Source of the DNA: an uncultured Ruminococcus sp. | Lineage (GTDB): Bacteria; Bacillota; Clostridia; Oscillospirales; Ruminococcaceae | Direction: 5' to 3' | Assembly (NCBI GenBank): GCA_945877315.1 | Contig: CAMCRP010000006.1 | Location: 2,617-66,616 of the forward strand | DNA: 64,000 nucleotides | Shown here: in pieces, positions 8,326-17,271 of the stretch | How positions within the stretch are numbered: position 1 is the first letter of the stretch | Layout of the letters: each line of letters starts with the position of its first letter | Translations under genes and position numbers: made by a program | Notes under the pieces: model-generated | What the model saw: the letters and a program-made list of their open reading frames with translations, nothing else | Told to the model about the DNA's origin: nothing | The model's database searches: none

Positions 8326-10926
8326 ATGAAATTCAATGACTGGCTTAAAAATGACGACCTCTCGGGGAAGATACTTATTTGTTCAGATGTAAAAAACGGT
8401 AACCGTCTTATAAGAAAATGCAACAGGGACGGCATTTGCAGAGTAAATACCGAATGTAAGCATATGTCGGATATTGCCCGTGAAATAATTATCGGCAATG
8501 CTGCAAAAAACGGCAGGCTTGTTCCCTTTAAGCTCCTTGACAACAGCAGCTGTGCGGTAATTATCGACAGGATCATACGAAACAATTCCGACAAGCTGCC
8601 GTTTTTCAAAAAGGAAAGTATGTGTTCCTCGGCGGCTGCGGAGATAATGAGGGTAATAAATGTTATCCGAATGAACAAAGTCACCGAGCAGCTTATGACC
8701 GACAATGAGGAAAATATCACCTGCCTGAGAACGCTTATTGCAATGTATCACAGCGAGCTTGCGGCAATGGGCGCTTACGACTGCTACACCCTTATCAGGA
8801 GCGCTGCTGATATTGCGGAGCCGATCACAGACGTGGGCTTCGGACTTGCGGAGGGAACGCAGCTTACCGATATTGAAATGCTGCTGCTTGAAAAAATATC
8901 CGACGGCAGATATGAGAAGATCGGGCTATTCGATAAGAGCGTCGTAAAACCGACCTTTTTTGCGGGCAGAGGTTACATAAACGAAGTAAGGTATATTGCC
9001 GAAAGCATTAAGAACAAGCCCTTCGGAGAGGTCAATGTGTTTTTCACTGCCGAGGCTTACCGCAGCTTTATTAAGGCGGGGCTGGGCAGCCTGAAAATTC
9101 CCTACACCTTTCTGTCCCCCTATCCCGCAGCGGAAACGGATATGGTCAGCTTTATGCTTTGTCTGCTCAGATGGGCGGAAAACGGCTTTGTTCACTCCGA
9201 TCTGGAAAATGCTTTCATTAACCCGAAAATGACTGTTTCCGAATATTATTTTTACAGAAGTGCATCGGATATTTCGTGGGGTATGGGCAGCTATGAGGCT
9301 TACTGCAAAAAGTTCAGAGCGGAGCACCCCGACGCCGACGAGAACAACGAAGAATATAAGCTTGTACTTTTCTGTGAAGCCCTTATAGATATATTCTCCG
9401 ACTCCGAAACAAAGCGTTCTCCCGTAAAGCTTTTTGAACGGCTTACAAAGCTTGCAGGCGAATTTACAGGCAGGAAAAATCCCGAAAGAATGCTTGTGAT
9501 CCCCGCTTTGAAGGAGTTGTCTGAACAGCTTTCCTTTATGGGCGATGATGCTGTTCCCGAAAACGAGGTTATGCGCTTTCTTATTGACAGGCTGGAGCAT
9601 ATGACCGTCAGCGAGGCTGAAAGGACAGATGCTGTAAGTGTCAGTGTTATCGGCAGCGGCATTGTCAGCGAAAGAAAGTACAACTATATCTGCGGTCTTT
9701 CCGTCAGCGACCTTTTGCCGAAGGTGACGGAATCCCCCGTAATATCCGATGAACAGCTGCTAAAATATGTCATAAACAAGGCTAACAGCGAAACCTCCGA
9801 AAACCGGCGTCAAAGGCAGTATCATGACCCGGAATTCCTTATCCGCTCAATTCTTGCGGACAAGGACAGCGAGCTTTATCTCGGTTACAGCAGCTATGAC
9901 CTGTCAAGGCTGACCGAATGTCCGCCCTCCGTATTTTACAAAAAGCTGTGTGCGGAATTTGGTGTGACCGATGTAACTTCTTTGGGCTATGACGAGCTTA
10001 TTCTCGGGAACATAAAGCTTCCGTCAGATAAAAAGTGGGACCCTGTTCCCGCAAATGGCAATGCCGATGCAAAGCCGTCGGAAAAAATGTACACCCCCTC
10101 AATGATAGACAAAATTCTGGAATGTCCAATGAAATATTTCTTTATCTATAAGCTTGATCTGAGAGAGGTGAATTTTGCAAGGGACAGCGGCGGAAAATGG
10201 CTGGCACCCAATGAAAAGGGAAATCTCTTCCACAATGCAGCCTGCGAATATGCAGAGCGTGTCTTAAAGGACATCGAACCGGCTAAGGTTTCCGAGAATG
10301 CGGACGAAAAGATACTTACCGAAATATTTGACAGGATAGTAAACGGTTACCCGAAGCCCTGTGAAAATCCCGAGATACGCAGGCTTGAATCGGAGGAGCT
10401 GAAAGCTGCACTTCTGAACTATTTCAACAGCCTTCACAAGGAGCTGCACGACGGCAGCAAGTGGATAGTAAGCGAATGTGAGGGAGAATTTTCGGGGGAA
10501 ACCTACACTCTGAATTATAAGGACGCAGACGCTGACAAAACACTTGACCTTACCATCGAAGGCAGATTTGACAGAATAGACCATTACATTGATTCGTCAA
10601 CGGGCACGGAGCATCTCAGAGTAATAGATTACAAAACAGGCGGAAGGCCTATCGACCTGAAGGAGCACAGCCAGCACGTCCTTTACACGGCTGCTATGAA
10701 GAAGGATAACAGGGAAGTGGAGGTATTCTCCTACGAAACGCCCTTTCAAAATCAAAAGGGCGAGGAATGTAAGGGCAGTGTTCTCGAAGGATTTGACAGC
10801 AATGCGGCTGTAATGATAGGCAATGTCATTGACAAAAACAGATACGAATACACCAAAAATACTAAGCCCTGCGAATATTGCAGATACAAGGACGTCTGCT
10901 TCAAAAATACAAGGGAGGATATGTGA
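8326..10926 (+). CDS. addB: AddB-like PD-(D/E)XK nuclease subunit with C-terminal Fe-S cysteine cluster (reduced, no N-terminal Walker A)
   Basis: C-terminal RecB-family nuclease motif RFDRIDHYID...RVIDYKTG, followed by CEYCRYKDVC (AddB-type 4-Cys cluster). Its stop overlaps the start of the downstream UvrD-like helicase (ATGTGAATG). No GxxxxGK[ST] motif anywhere in the protein. At 866 aa it is shorter than the ~1100-1170 aa typical of AddB/RexB as I recall them. Confidence 0.6.
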   Translation: MKFNDWLKNDDLSGKILICSDVKNGNRLIRKCNRDGICRVNTECKHMSDIAREIIIGNAAKNGRLVPFKLLDNSSCAVIIDRIIRNNSDKLPFFKKESMCSSAAAEIMRVINVIRMNKVTEQLMTDNEENITCLRTLIAMYHSELAAMGAYDCYTLIRSAADIAEPITDVGFGLAEGTQLTDIEMLLLEKISDGRYEKIGLFDKSVVKPTFFAGRGYINEVRYIAESIKNKPFGEVNVFFTAEAYRSFIKAGLGSLKIPYTFLSPYPAAETDMVSFMLCLLRWAENGFVHSDLENAFINPKMTVSEYYFYRSASDISWGMGSYEAYCKKFRAEHPDADENNEEYKLVLFCEALIDIFSDSETKRSPVKLFERLTKLAGEFTGRKNPERMLVIPALKELSEQLSFMGDDAVPENEVMRFLIDRLEHMTVSEAERTDAVSVSVIGSGIVSERKYNYICGLSVSDLLPKVTESPVISDEQLLKYVINKANSETSENRRQRQYHDPEFLIRSILADKDSELYLGYSSYDLSRLTECPPSVFYKKLCAEFGVTDVTSLGYDELILGNIKLPSDKKWDPVPANGNADAKPSEKMYTPSMIDKILECPMKYFFIYKLDLREVNFARDSGGKWLAPNEKGNLFHNAACEYAERVLKDIEPAKVSENADEKILTEIFDRIVNGYPKPCENPEIRRLESEELKAALLNYFNSLHKELHDGSKWIVSECEGEFSGETYTLNYKDADADKTLDLTIEGRFDRIDHYIDSSTGTEHLRVIDYKTGGRPIDLKEHSQHVLYTAAMKKDNREVEVFSYETPFQNQKGEECKGSVLEGFDSNAAVMIGNVIDKNRYEYTKNTKPCEYCRYKDVCFKNTREDM

Positions 10927-13900
10927 ATGACAGCCATGACCGAAGAAGAAAAGAGAGCCCATATTGTCACCGCCACAAACGAGAATATGTTTGTTGAGGC
11001 GGGCGCAGGTGCGGGAAAGACCACGCTTATTGTCAACCGCATTGTCAACTGCATAATCGGCGGTACACGTCCGAGGGAAATAGCGGCTATCACCTATACC
11101 AACAAGGCAGCCGAGGAGCTGAGGACACGCATACAGGCAAGGCTTATAGATGAGGCAAGGAGCAATGAGAAAATTTCCGCCGTTCTCGATGAGGTGGACT
11201 CTATGCCCATTTCCACCATACATTCCTTCTGTCTGAATATTCTCAGGGAGCATGCTTTTGAAGCGGGGATCCGTCCCGATACCGAAATTTACGAGGAGGC
11301 TGTGCTTAAAGAGGAAATGAGGACATTTTACTGCAAATATCTCAAAAACCTCACCCCAAGGCAGATAGCGTTAATGAAATATTACGAAATATCCTCCGTG
11401 CTCAATGAGAAAAAAGAGATACCGCTTTACAAAATGTTCCGTGATATGTGTGAACTGCCGCCAAATGCCAATGTTCCCTTTGACCAAACGGCTGCGGATA
11501 ATCTGAAAGAGGATCCCGCAGAGGTAAAAAGGTATTTTGATGCCGCAGTGTCTGTCATAATTTCGCTGGTCAACCGCACGTTTAATAAGAGCTTCAATAA
11601 GCTTTCCGAGCTTGAGGAAATAATGCTGGGCAGTATGTATTCCATGATAACAGATCCTTCTGCCGAACCTGTGAAAAAGCTCAGGGAGCTGCAAAAAAGC
11701 GATGGCGTATTTACCAAAAGACAGCCTAAGGACAGCTATATGGATAAGGCGGCTGCAATTTCGCTTAACATAAGATTTAAGAGATGGTTCAATATATTTG
11801 CAGGAAAATTCCTTACCGAAAGGAATAAGAGCATCAGCAATTTTATGACTTCCGCAGCATATGCCGCAAGCATGGGATTTCGTAAGCGTGAGCGGAGTAA
11901 TTTCATTACCAACAACGAGCTTATCAGGATAACCGAAGAGCTTATCCGCACTAACAAGGCGGTAAGGACGCATTACGCCGCAAAATTCAAGTGCATTTAC
12001 GTTGACGAATTTCAGGACACCGATCATTTTCAGTCAAGCCTTATTTGGCAGCTTGCCTATGACGAGGATAATAATAAGCTTCGTGACGGTGCACTGTTTA
12101 TTGTGGGCGACCCCAAGCAGTCCATTTACAGATTTACGGGCGCAGACCCGCAGGTGTATCACGAGATAAAGAGCAAGTCGGAGTTTAAGGAGCATATCTA
12201 TGTTCTTGACAGCAATTTCCGTTCAAGTCCAAAGCTGATAGATTGGGTAAATTCCAAATTCAATGACGGCGGGAATTTCAGAAAGAACGGCTTTGCATAC
12301 AGCAATATGGCAGTGGGAGTTCCGAAGCTGCCCGATACGAAGGACTTTGTTTTGGAGGGCGTTTTTTACTGCAAGCATACCCCCGACAATAAAAAGGTAA
12401 AAAAGGACGACCTGACCTCCGCCGCCGAGGACACGGCTGCACTGATAGACGAGCTTGTCAAAAAGCAGATAAAGATACCCAACAGACGAAAGACGGCTCT
12501 TTGCAATGACGACCACCGTCCCGTTCAATACGGCGATTTTCTTATTCTGTTTTCCAAAAACAAGCATATCCCCGTATTTGCAGATGAGCTCAGAAAGCGA
12601 AATATCCCCGTAAGCATTGCGGGACAGGTGCCCCTTAAAGAGTCTGCGGCGATAAAGCGGTTTTTGCTGCTGTATAATTACTGCGTGACCCGCAAAAACC
12701 CCCATGCCAACGGTGCTTTACAGCTGGTTTACGGAAACACCGACAGAATTACCGATGAAATGACAGCGTTTGCAAAGGAAACTCTAAAGGCTGTCAGAGA
12801 GCGCACAAAGGGCATGAAGGACGGCTTTGCAGTCGCTCAGTTCCTCGTAAGGAATATTCGGTTCTATCTCCCCGCAGACAGAGAGCTTACCGCCGACACG
12901 ACTATGCGTATCACCGAAAATCTGGAGCATCTTCTTGCAGATACGCTTATAAGGTGCGGCGGAAACCGTGTTGAAGCGGCGGATATGTTCGCAAGCACCG
13001 TACAAAACGGCTTTGAAAAAAATATGCCCCTTGTCTATGACGACAGCTCCGTGCGGCTTATGACAGCTCACAAAGCAAAGGGTCTGGAGGGCAGCATAGT
13101 TATCTGGGCAAACAGACCGAGGGATTCAGTCGATGATAAAAGCTACCGCAAATACGGTCAGCCTGTCACATATTACTCCGATATAAGCGGCGATAAGGCG
13201 TTGACAAAGGAACGTGAACAGCTTGATATTGCCGAAAGGACACGTCTTGAATATGTTATTGCCACCCGTGCAAGGGAAGCATTCATAGTTATGGACAAAA
13301 TTTCCCCGAAGGAGGGGCTGCTGAACGATTACGGCATAGACAGCTGCAATGACATAAAGGAGCTTATCTCAAAGGTGACAGTGTCCTCTGCGGCAAATAA
13401 AGTGACCTATGCCGAATATGCCCCCGACAGCAAGGAGCCGTCCTATTTGGAGGAGCAGTCGGAAAAAAGCTTTGTTACCCTCAATCCCAGCGGCTTTGAC
13501 AATTACAATGTCAAGTCTGACGACGATACCGATGAATCCGCCGAGCAGGAGATAATTTCCGAATATATCGACACCGAACGTCCAAAGGGAGCAATTTTCG
13601 GAACTGCGCTGCACAGGTGCTATGAGCTTCTGGTAAATGAATGGAAGAAGAATTTTGATATGTCCTGCGATGAATTGGATCAGCTTATCCGCAAATGCGT
13701 TTACACGGCAGTTATTGAGGCGGGCATGACCGTCAGCTTTGAAGAAGCGTCGGGGTATGCAGAGGAGCTTACAAGAGTTATGTACTGGTTTGTAAATGAG
13801 AAGCGTTTTTCGGAGATACTCGGGAATTCAGCCGAAATATTTACAGAGCTTTCCTTCTCCTACTTTATGGGCGAAAAGGAGTCTGCCGAAATGGTTGCCG

Positions 13901-14187
13901 AGCTTTCAAAATATAAGGAAGATCTCAATGCGGACGGAAAGAGCATCTGGGTAAACGGCGTTGCAGACCTTGTCGTAAAGGGAAGGGACGGCAGCATTAC
14001 CGTTATTGACTATAAATCCGACATTGACAAGCAGAGAGATCCCAAAAAATTCTATGAAAAGCTGCGAGCAAGATATGAGGGACAGCTTACCCTTTACCGC
14101 TATGCAATGGGGAAAATTTTCGGTGTCAGCCCCGATTCGGTAAAGACCATGCTTTGCAATATAGATGCGGGATCTCCTGCGGTCTGA
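10927..14187 (+). CDS. addA: AddA-like UvrD-family helicase with C-terminal RecB-type nuclease
   Basis: Walker A VEAGAGAGKTT. Motif II YVDEFQDTD. Motif III GDPKQSIYRFTGAD. Motif IV-like SNFRSS. C-terminal nuclease VIDYKSD and QLTLYRYA. Confidence 0.7.
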   Translation: MTAMTEEEKRAHIVTATNENMFVEAGAGAGKTTLIVNRIVNCIIGGTRPREIAAITYTNKAAEELRTRIQARLIDEARSNEKISAVLDEVDSMPISTIHSFCLNILREHAFEAGIRPDTEIYEEAVLKEEMRTFYCKYLKNLTPRQIALMKYYEISSVLNEKKEIPLYKMFRDMCELPPNANVPFDQTAADNLKEDPAEVKRYFDAAVSVIISLVNRTFNKSFNKLSELEEIMLGSMYSMITDPSAEPVKKLRELQKSDGVFTKRQPKDSYMDKAAAISLNIRFKRWFNIFAGKFLTERNKSISNFMTSAAYAASMGFRKRERSNFITNNELIRITEELIRTNKAVRTHYAAKFKCIYVDEFQDTDHFQSSLIWQLAYDEDNNKLRDGALFIVGDPKQSIYRFTGADPQVYHEIKSKSEFKEHIYVLDSNFRSSPKLIDWVNSKFNDGGNFRKNGFAYSNMAVGVPKLPDTKDFVLEGVFYCKHTPDNKKVKKDDLTSAAEDTAALIDELVKKQIKIPNRRKTALCNDDHRPVQYGDFLILFSKNKHIPVFADELRKRNIPVSIAGQVPLKESAAIKRFLLLYNYCVTRKNPHANGALQLVYGNTDRITDEMTAFAKETLKAVRERTKGMKDGFAVAQFLVRNIRFYLPADRELTADTTMRITENLEHLLADTLIRCGGNRVEAADMFASTVQNGFEKNMPLVYDDSSVRLMTAHKAKGLEGSIVIWANRPRDSVDDKSYRKYGQPVTYYSDISGDKALTKEREQLDIAERTRLEYVIATRAREAFIVMDKISPKEGLLNDYGIDSCNDIKELISKVTVSSAANKVTYAEYAPDSKEPSYLEEQSEKSFVTLNPSGFDNYNVKSDDDTDESAEQEIISEYIDTERPKGAIFGTALHRCYELLVNEWKKNFDMSCDELDQLIRKCVYTAVIEAGMTVSFEEASGYAEELTRVMYWFVNEKRFSEILGNSAEIFTELSFSYFMGEKESAEMVAELSKYKEDLNADGKSIWVNGVADLVVKGRDGSITVIDYKSDIDKQRDPKKFYEKLRARYEGQLTLYRYAMGKIFGVSPDSVKTMLCNIDAGSPAV

Positions 14188-14220
14188 CGTTTGGAATGTT
14201 CCGAAAAAGGAAGTGAAAAA

Positions 14221-14940
14221 ATGATATTTGTTACGGGCGATACTCACGGCAGCATTGACATTCACAAGCTGTCAACCGCCAATTTTCCCATTCAGAACAC
14301 CCTGACACGTTCGGACTATCTCATTATCTGCGGCGATTTCGGGCTGGTATGGAACAATTCAAAGGAGGACAGATACTGGCAGAAATGGTTGGACGGCAAG
14401 CCCTGGACAACCCTCTGGATCGACGGAAATCACGAAAACTTCGACCTTTTGAAGGAATATCCCGTTGAAGAATGGAAGGGCGGACGTGTGCAGAAGATCA
14501 CCGAAAATATTATCCATCTGTGCAGGGGCAGCGTTTTTGATATAGACGGAATGAAGTTCTTTACATTCGGCGGGGCGGAAAGTCACGACAAGCAATACCG
14601 AAAGCAGGGCGTTTCCTACTGGGAGGACGAGCTGCCCTCGGAGGAGGAAATGGAGTATGGCAGACAGTCCCTGGCGGCGGCAGGCGGGAAGGTGGATATA
14701 GTCCTGACGCACACACTGCCGCAGTCTATCCAGGATAAGATGTTTTCGGGACTTAGCTATACCTCAAACAGGCTGACGGAATATTTTGAGGAGATAAATT
14801 CTCAGCTGGATTTCAGGCTGTGGTTTTCGGGGCATTACCACATTTCCATGCCCTATGATGACAAGCATTATGTCATTTACGATAATATAGTAAGGCTTAC
14901 CGACACGGGCTTTGAGCGGGTCAGTGAGGGCGTTTGGTAA
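14221..14940 (+). CDS. Calcineurin-like metallophosphoesterase
   Basis: Motifs GDTHG, GDFGLVWN, GNHENFD, GGAESHD and GHYH. RBS AAAGGAAGTG. Only ~30 bp downstream of addA-like. Confidence 0.7.
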   Translation: MIFVTGDTHGSIDIHKLSTANFPIQNTLTRSDYLIICGDFGLVWNNSKEDRYWQKWLDGKPWTTLWIDGNHENFDLLKEYPVEEWKGGRVQKITENIIHLCRGSVFDIDGMKFFTFGGAESHDKQYRKQGVSYWEDELPSEEEMEYGRQSLAAAGGKVDIVLTHTLPQSIQDKMFSGLSYTSNRLTEYFEEINSQLDFRLWFSGHYHISMPYDDKHYVIYDNIVRLTDTGFERVSEGVW

Positions 14941-14949
14941 AAAAATCGG

Positions 14950-15156
14950 TCAGAAGGGAAGCTCGTTGTTGTCTGTCAGGGTATAGTAGATCTCAAAATC
15001 CTCATCGTTGTCAAGGTCATAGTCCAATTCTTCATCGAAGTCATCATCAAAGTCATCAAAGGCTTCATCGGGTATGTCCTCAAGTACAATGCCGCAGTTG
15101 GAGCAGCGCTCGCTGAGGTCGGGGTTCAAGGTTCCGCAGTTAATACATCTTTTCAT
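14950..15156 (-). CDS. Zinc-ribbon miniprotein with acidic C-terminal tail
   Basis: CINCG...CSNCG double CxxC, then a DDFDDDFDEELDYDLDNDEDFE tail. RBS GGAGGA upstream. Lies 22 bp downstream of the AAA+ ATPase gene on the same strand. Confidence 0.55.
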   Translation of the reverse strand: MKRCINCGTLNPDLSERCSNCGIVLEDIPDEAFDDFDDDFDEELDYDLDNDEDFEIYYTLTDNNELPF

Positions 15157-15178
15157 TGGTTTGTCCTCCTTAAATTAA

Positions 15179-16864
15179 TCAAAATCCTATACTTCCCATG
15201 CTTTGACTGCTTTTCAGCTCGGAGCTGAGAATATCCTCTGCCGCTGCGGAGATGTCCTCCGTGTCAAGCTCGGTAAGCATTTTTTTGGTTTTTGTCTTGA
15301 AGCCGCCAATTCTCAGGGCGTGGTGCTGTTTGGCGTTTATGTAGAGATTGCGTGCTTCTCTGCCGTTTCCGAACTGCTCACCTCTGGCGGCTCTCAGCCT
15401 TTTGAAAAAGCTTATGACAGACGCCTGAGAATCGGCGGGTATCTTGTAATTGTCCTCCGCTGCCATGCGGGAGAAAATGTCGCAGAGGACATGGTCCGAA
15501 TAGCCGCTGAATCTGACAATAAAGCTGATACGTGACCTCAGACCCGGATTTGAGCCGAGAAAATCGTTCATCTTGTCCTCATAGCCCGCAAATATGCAGA
15601 ATATGCAGTTTCGGTAATTCTCCATATTCTGGACGATACAGGTGACAGCCTCCTTGTCGAAAACGGTAGCGTTATCCTCGGCAAGGGTGTATATCTCGTC
15701 AAAGAAGAGAACTCCGCCGCCCTTTTCCGCCATTTCGGCAAACATGGCATCTATCTTTGCGGCGGTGTGACCTACATACTGTCCCACATAATCCGACTTG
15801 CAGCACTCCTTGAAGCAGGAGGGGTCCTTGATTATCCGAAGCACCGCAAGCTCCTCTGCAAATCGTCTGGCAAGGGTGGTTTTGGCTGTGCCGGGAGGTC
15901 CCGCAAAAACCATACTGCACCCCGAAAAAGAATCTGAGATCCGCTTTTCATATCTCAGCTTGTCAATGCTTATGGAATTGATAATGCCGTTTATCTTCTC
16001 TGTTTCCTTTTCCAGCCCCACAGGCTGCCACCTTTTCGATGACTGCTTTATGGGACGGAGAGAAAACAGCTCGGCGATACCTCTGAAATCCTCGGGGAAA
16101 AGCTGTCTGTCGTCGGGGTCGTTGAAAAGGTGATTGCTGACTATCTGGCGTGCTGCGGCGGTTATGGCATACTCGTCACGTCCCTTCAGCTGCTTTACAA
16201 GAAGGGCGATCTCTTTTTGCGTGTTGTCGCACTCGAAATCTCTTTCCCAGAAATAGGAGCAGATGATGTTTTCGACGTCAACCGCCTTCGAATTCTCTAT
16301 GACCATGCAGCGAAAGCAGCTGCCCAACATTCCGATAATATCATCTGCGGCACCGCCCGAAAGCCTTCCGTCGGGGGCATAGCAGATGAAAAATTCCGTC
16401 TTGTTGTTAAGAAGCATTTCACTGTCTGCAATAGCAGGGGACAGGGCTTGAACAATATGTATAACGGGGTTGTTTTCGTTGGAGATTATGGCATTCAGGT
16501 CGGGGTCGTTCATTCCCGCAGTAAGGTTTATGGCAACGGCGGCGTTGTTCTCCTGTCTGTCCGCATCGGCGTCCTCGAAAAGAATTGCCTCTCCCGTGTC
16601 CTCGTCTTTGGCGGCAATGCTGTAATAGATGGCAAGAACGGCGATATAGGCGTCGTTTATATTGTCTGCGGCGATGAAATACTTGTTGGTGCTGATAGCA
16701 AAATCGTCGCAGTCTATTCTGTCAAGCCTTCTCAGAAGCTCTGTGACCGTGATAAAGCGTTCACGGGAATAGACGGCTTCGCAGATGACCTCTTCTCTGA
16801 AATCGGAGGGCATAAGGTAATTTTTCTTTCCGAAGCTGTGCTTTTCGATTATTGGGATACTCAT
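15179..16864 (-). CDS. AAA+ ATPase (SpoVK/CbbX-like AAA module with ~300-aa unknown N-terminal domain)
   Basis: Walker A GPPGTAKTTLARRFAEEL. Walker B GGVLFFDEIYTL. Sensor-like region CIFCIFAGYEDKM. Confidence 0.7.
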   Translation of the reverse strand: MSIPIIEKHSFGKKNYLMPSDFREEVICEAVYSRERFITVTELLRRLDRIDCDDFAISTNKYFIAADNINDAYIAVLAIYYSIAAKDEDTGEAILFEDADADRQENNAAVAINLTAGMNDPDLNAIISNENNPVIHIVQALSPAIADSEMLLNNKTEFFICYAPDGRLSGGAADDIIGMLGSCFRCMVIENSKAVDVENIICSYFWERDFECDNTQKEIALLVKQLKGRDEYAITAAARQIVSNHLFNDPDDRQLFPEDFRGIAELFSLRPIKQSSKRWQPVGLEKETEKINGIINSISIDKLRYEKRISDSFSGCSMVFAGPPGTAKTTLARRFAEELAVLRIIKDPSCFKECCKSDYVGQYVGHTAAKIDAMFAEMAEKGGGVLFFDEIYTLAEDNATVFDKEAVTCIVQNMENYRNCIFCIFAGYEDKMNDFLGSNPGLRSRISFIVRFSGYSDHVLCDIFSRMAAEDNYKIPADSQASVISFFKRLRAARGEQFGNGREARNLYINAKQHHALRIGGFKTKTKKMLTELDTEDISAAAEDILSSELKSSQSMGSIGF

Positions 16865-16926
16865 ATTTGTTTCTCCTTCCTAATACTATAGCAGTACTTA
16901 AAAATATCCTAACACACTTGTAGGGG

Positions 16927-17026
16927 AAAAAGCATAGCTTTGGCATCCCGTCTCGTAATTACCAAAAGAACTCTTGAAATCTGCGGGCGGGGAAACCAAA
17001 GCATTTATGCTTTTGCCCCTACAATA
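16927..17026. repeat. Inverted pair of TTGTAGGGGA(A/C)AAAGCAT..CTTTGG repeats
   Basis: CTTGTAGGGGAAAAAGCATAGCTTTGGCATCCCGTC and GGAAACCAAAGCATTTATGCTTTTGCCCCTACAAT are in opposite orientation. Confidence 0.6.
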
Positions 17027-17271
17027 ACGTTATTTTTGTGGATTGCTATAGTATAATACTTTTCCTTTGCCAATTACATAATAACATACCTTACGGAAAA
17101 AAATACTGCAAAAATAAAGCGTTTTTTATTTTTTTATCTGTTATAATAAGGATAGTATCAAGGAAACGCCGATTAACTCAACACTCAGTGCAAAAATGCG
17201 TTTCCTGCGAAAATGTTGAAAAGTGAAAATTCAACCTTCCGCATTAAGCTCAACGATTGGTGGTAAAAAAT

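Noticed and set aside
8326-14187. Calling the helicase-nuclease pair a dedicated phage-defence system
   Set aside because: The motif content and gene order fit housekeeping AddAB, and there is no methylase, Toprim or other defence partner. I kept it as addAB-like, with the atypical features flagged as a finding.
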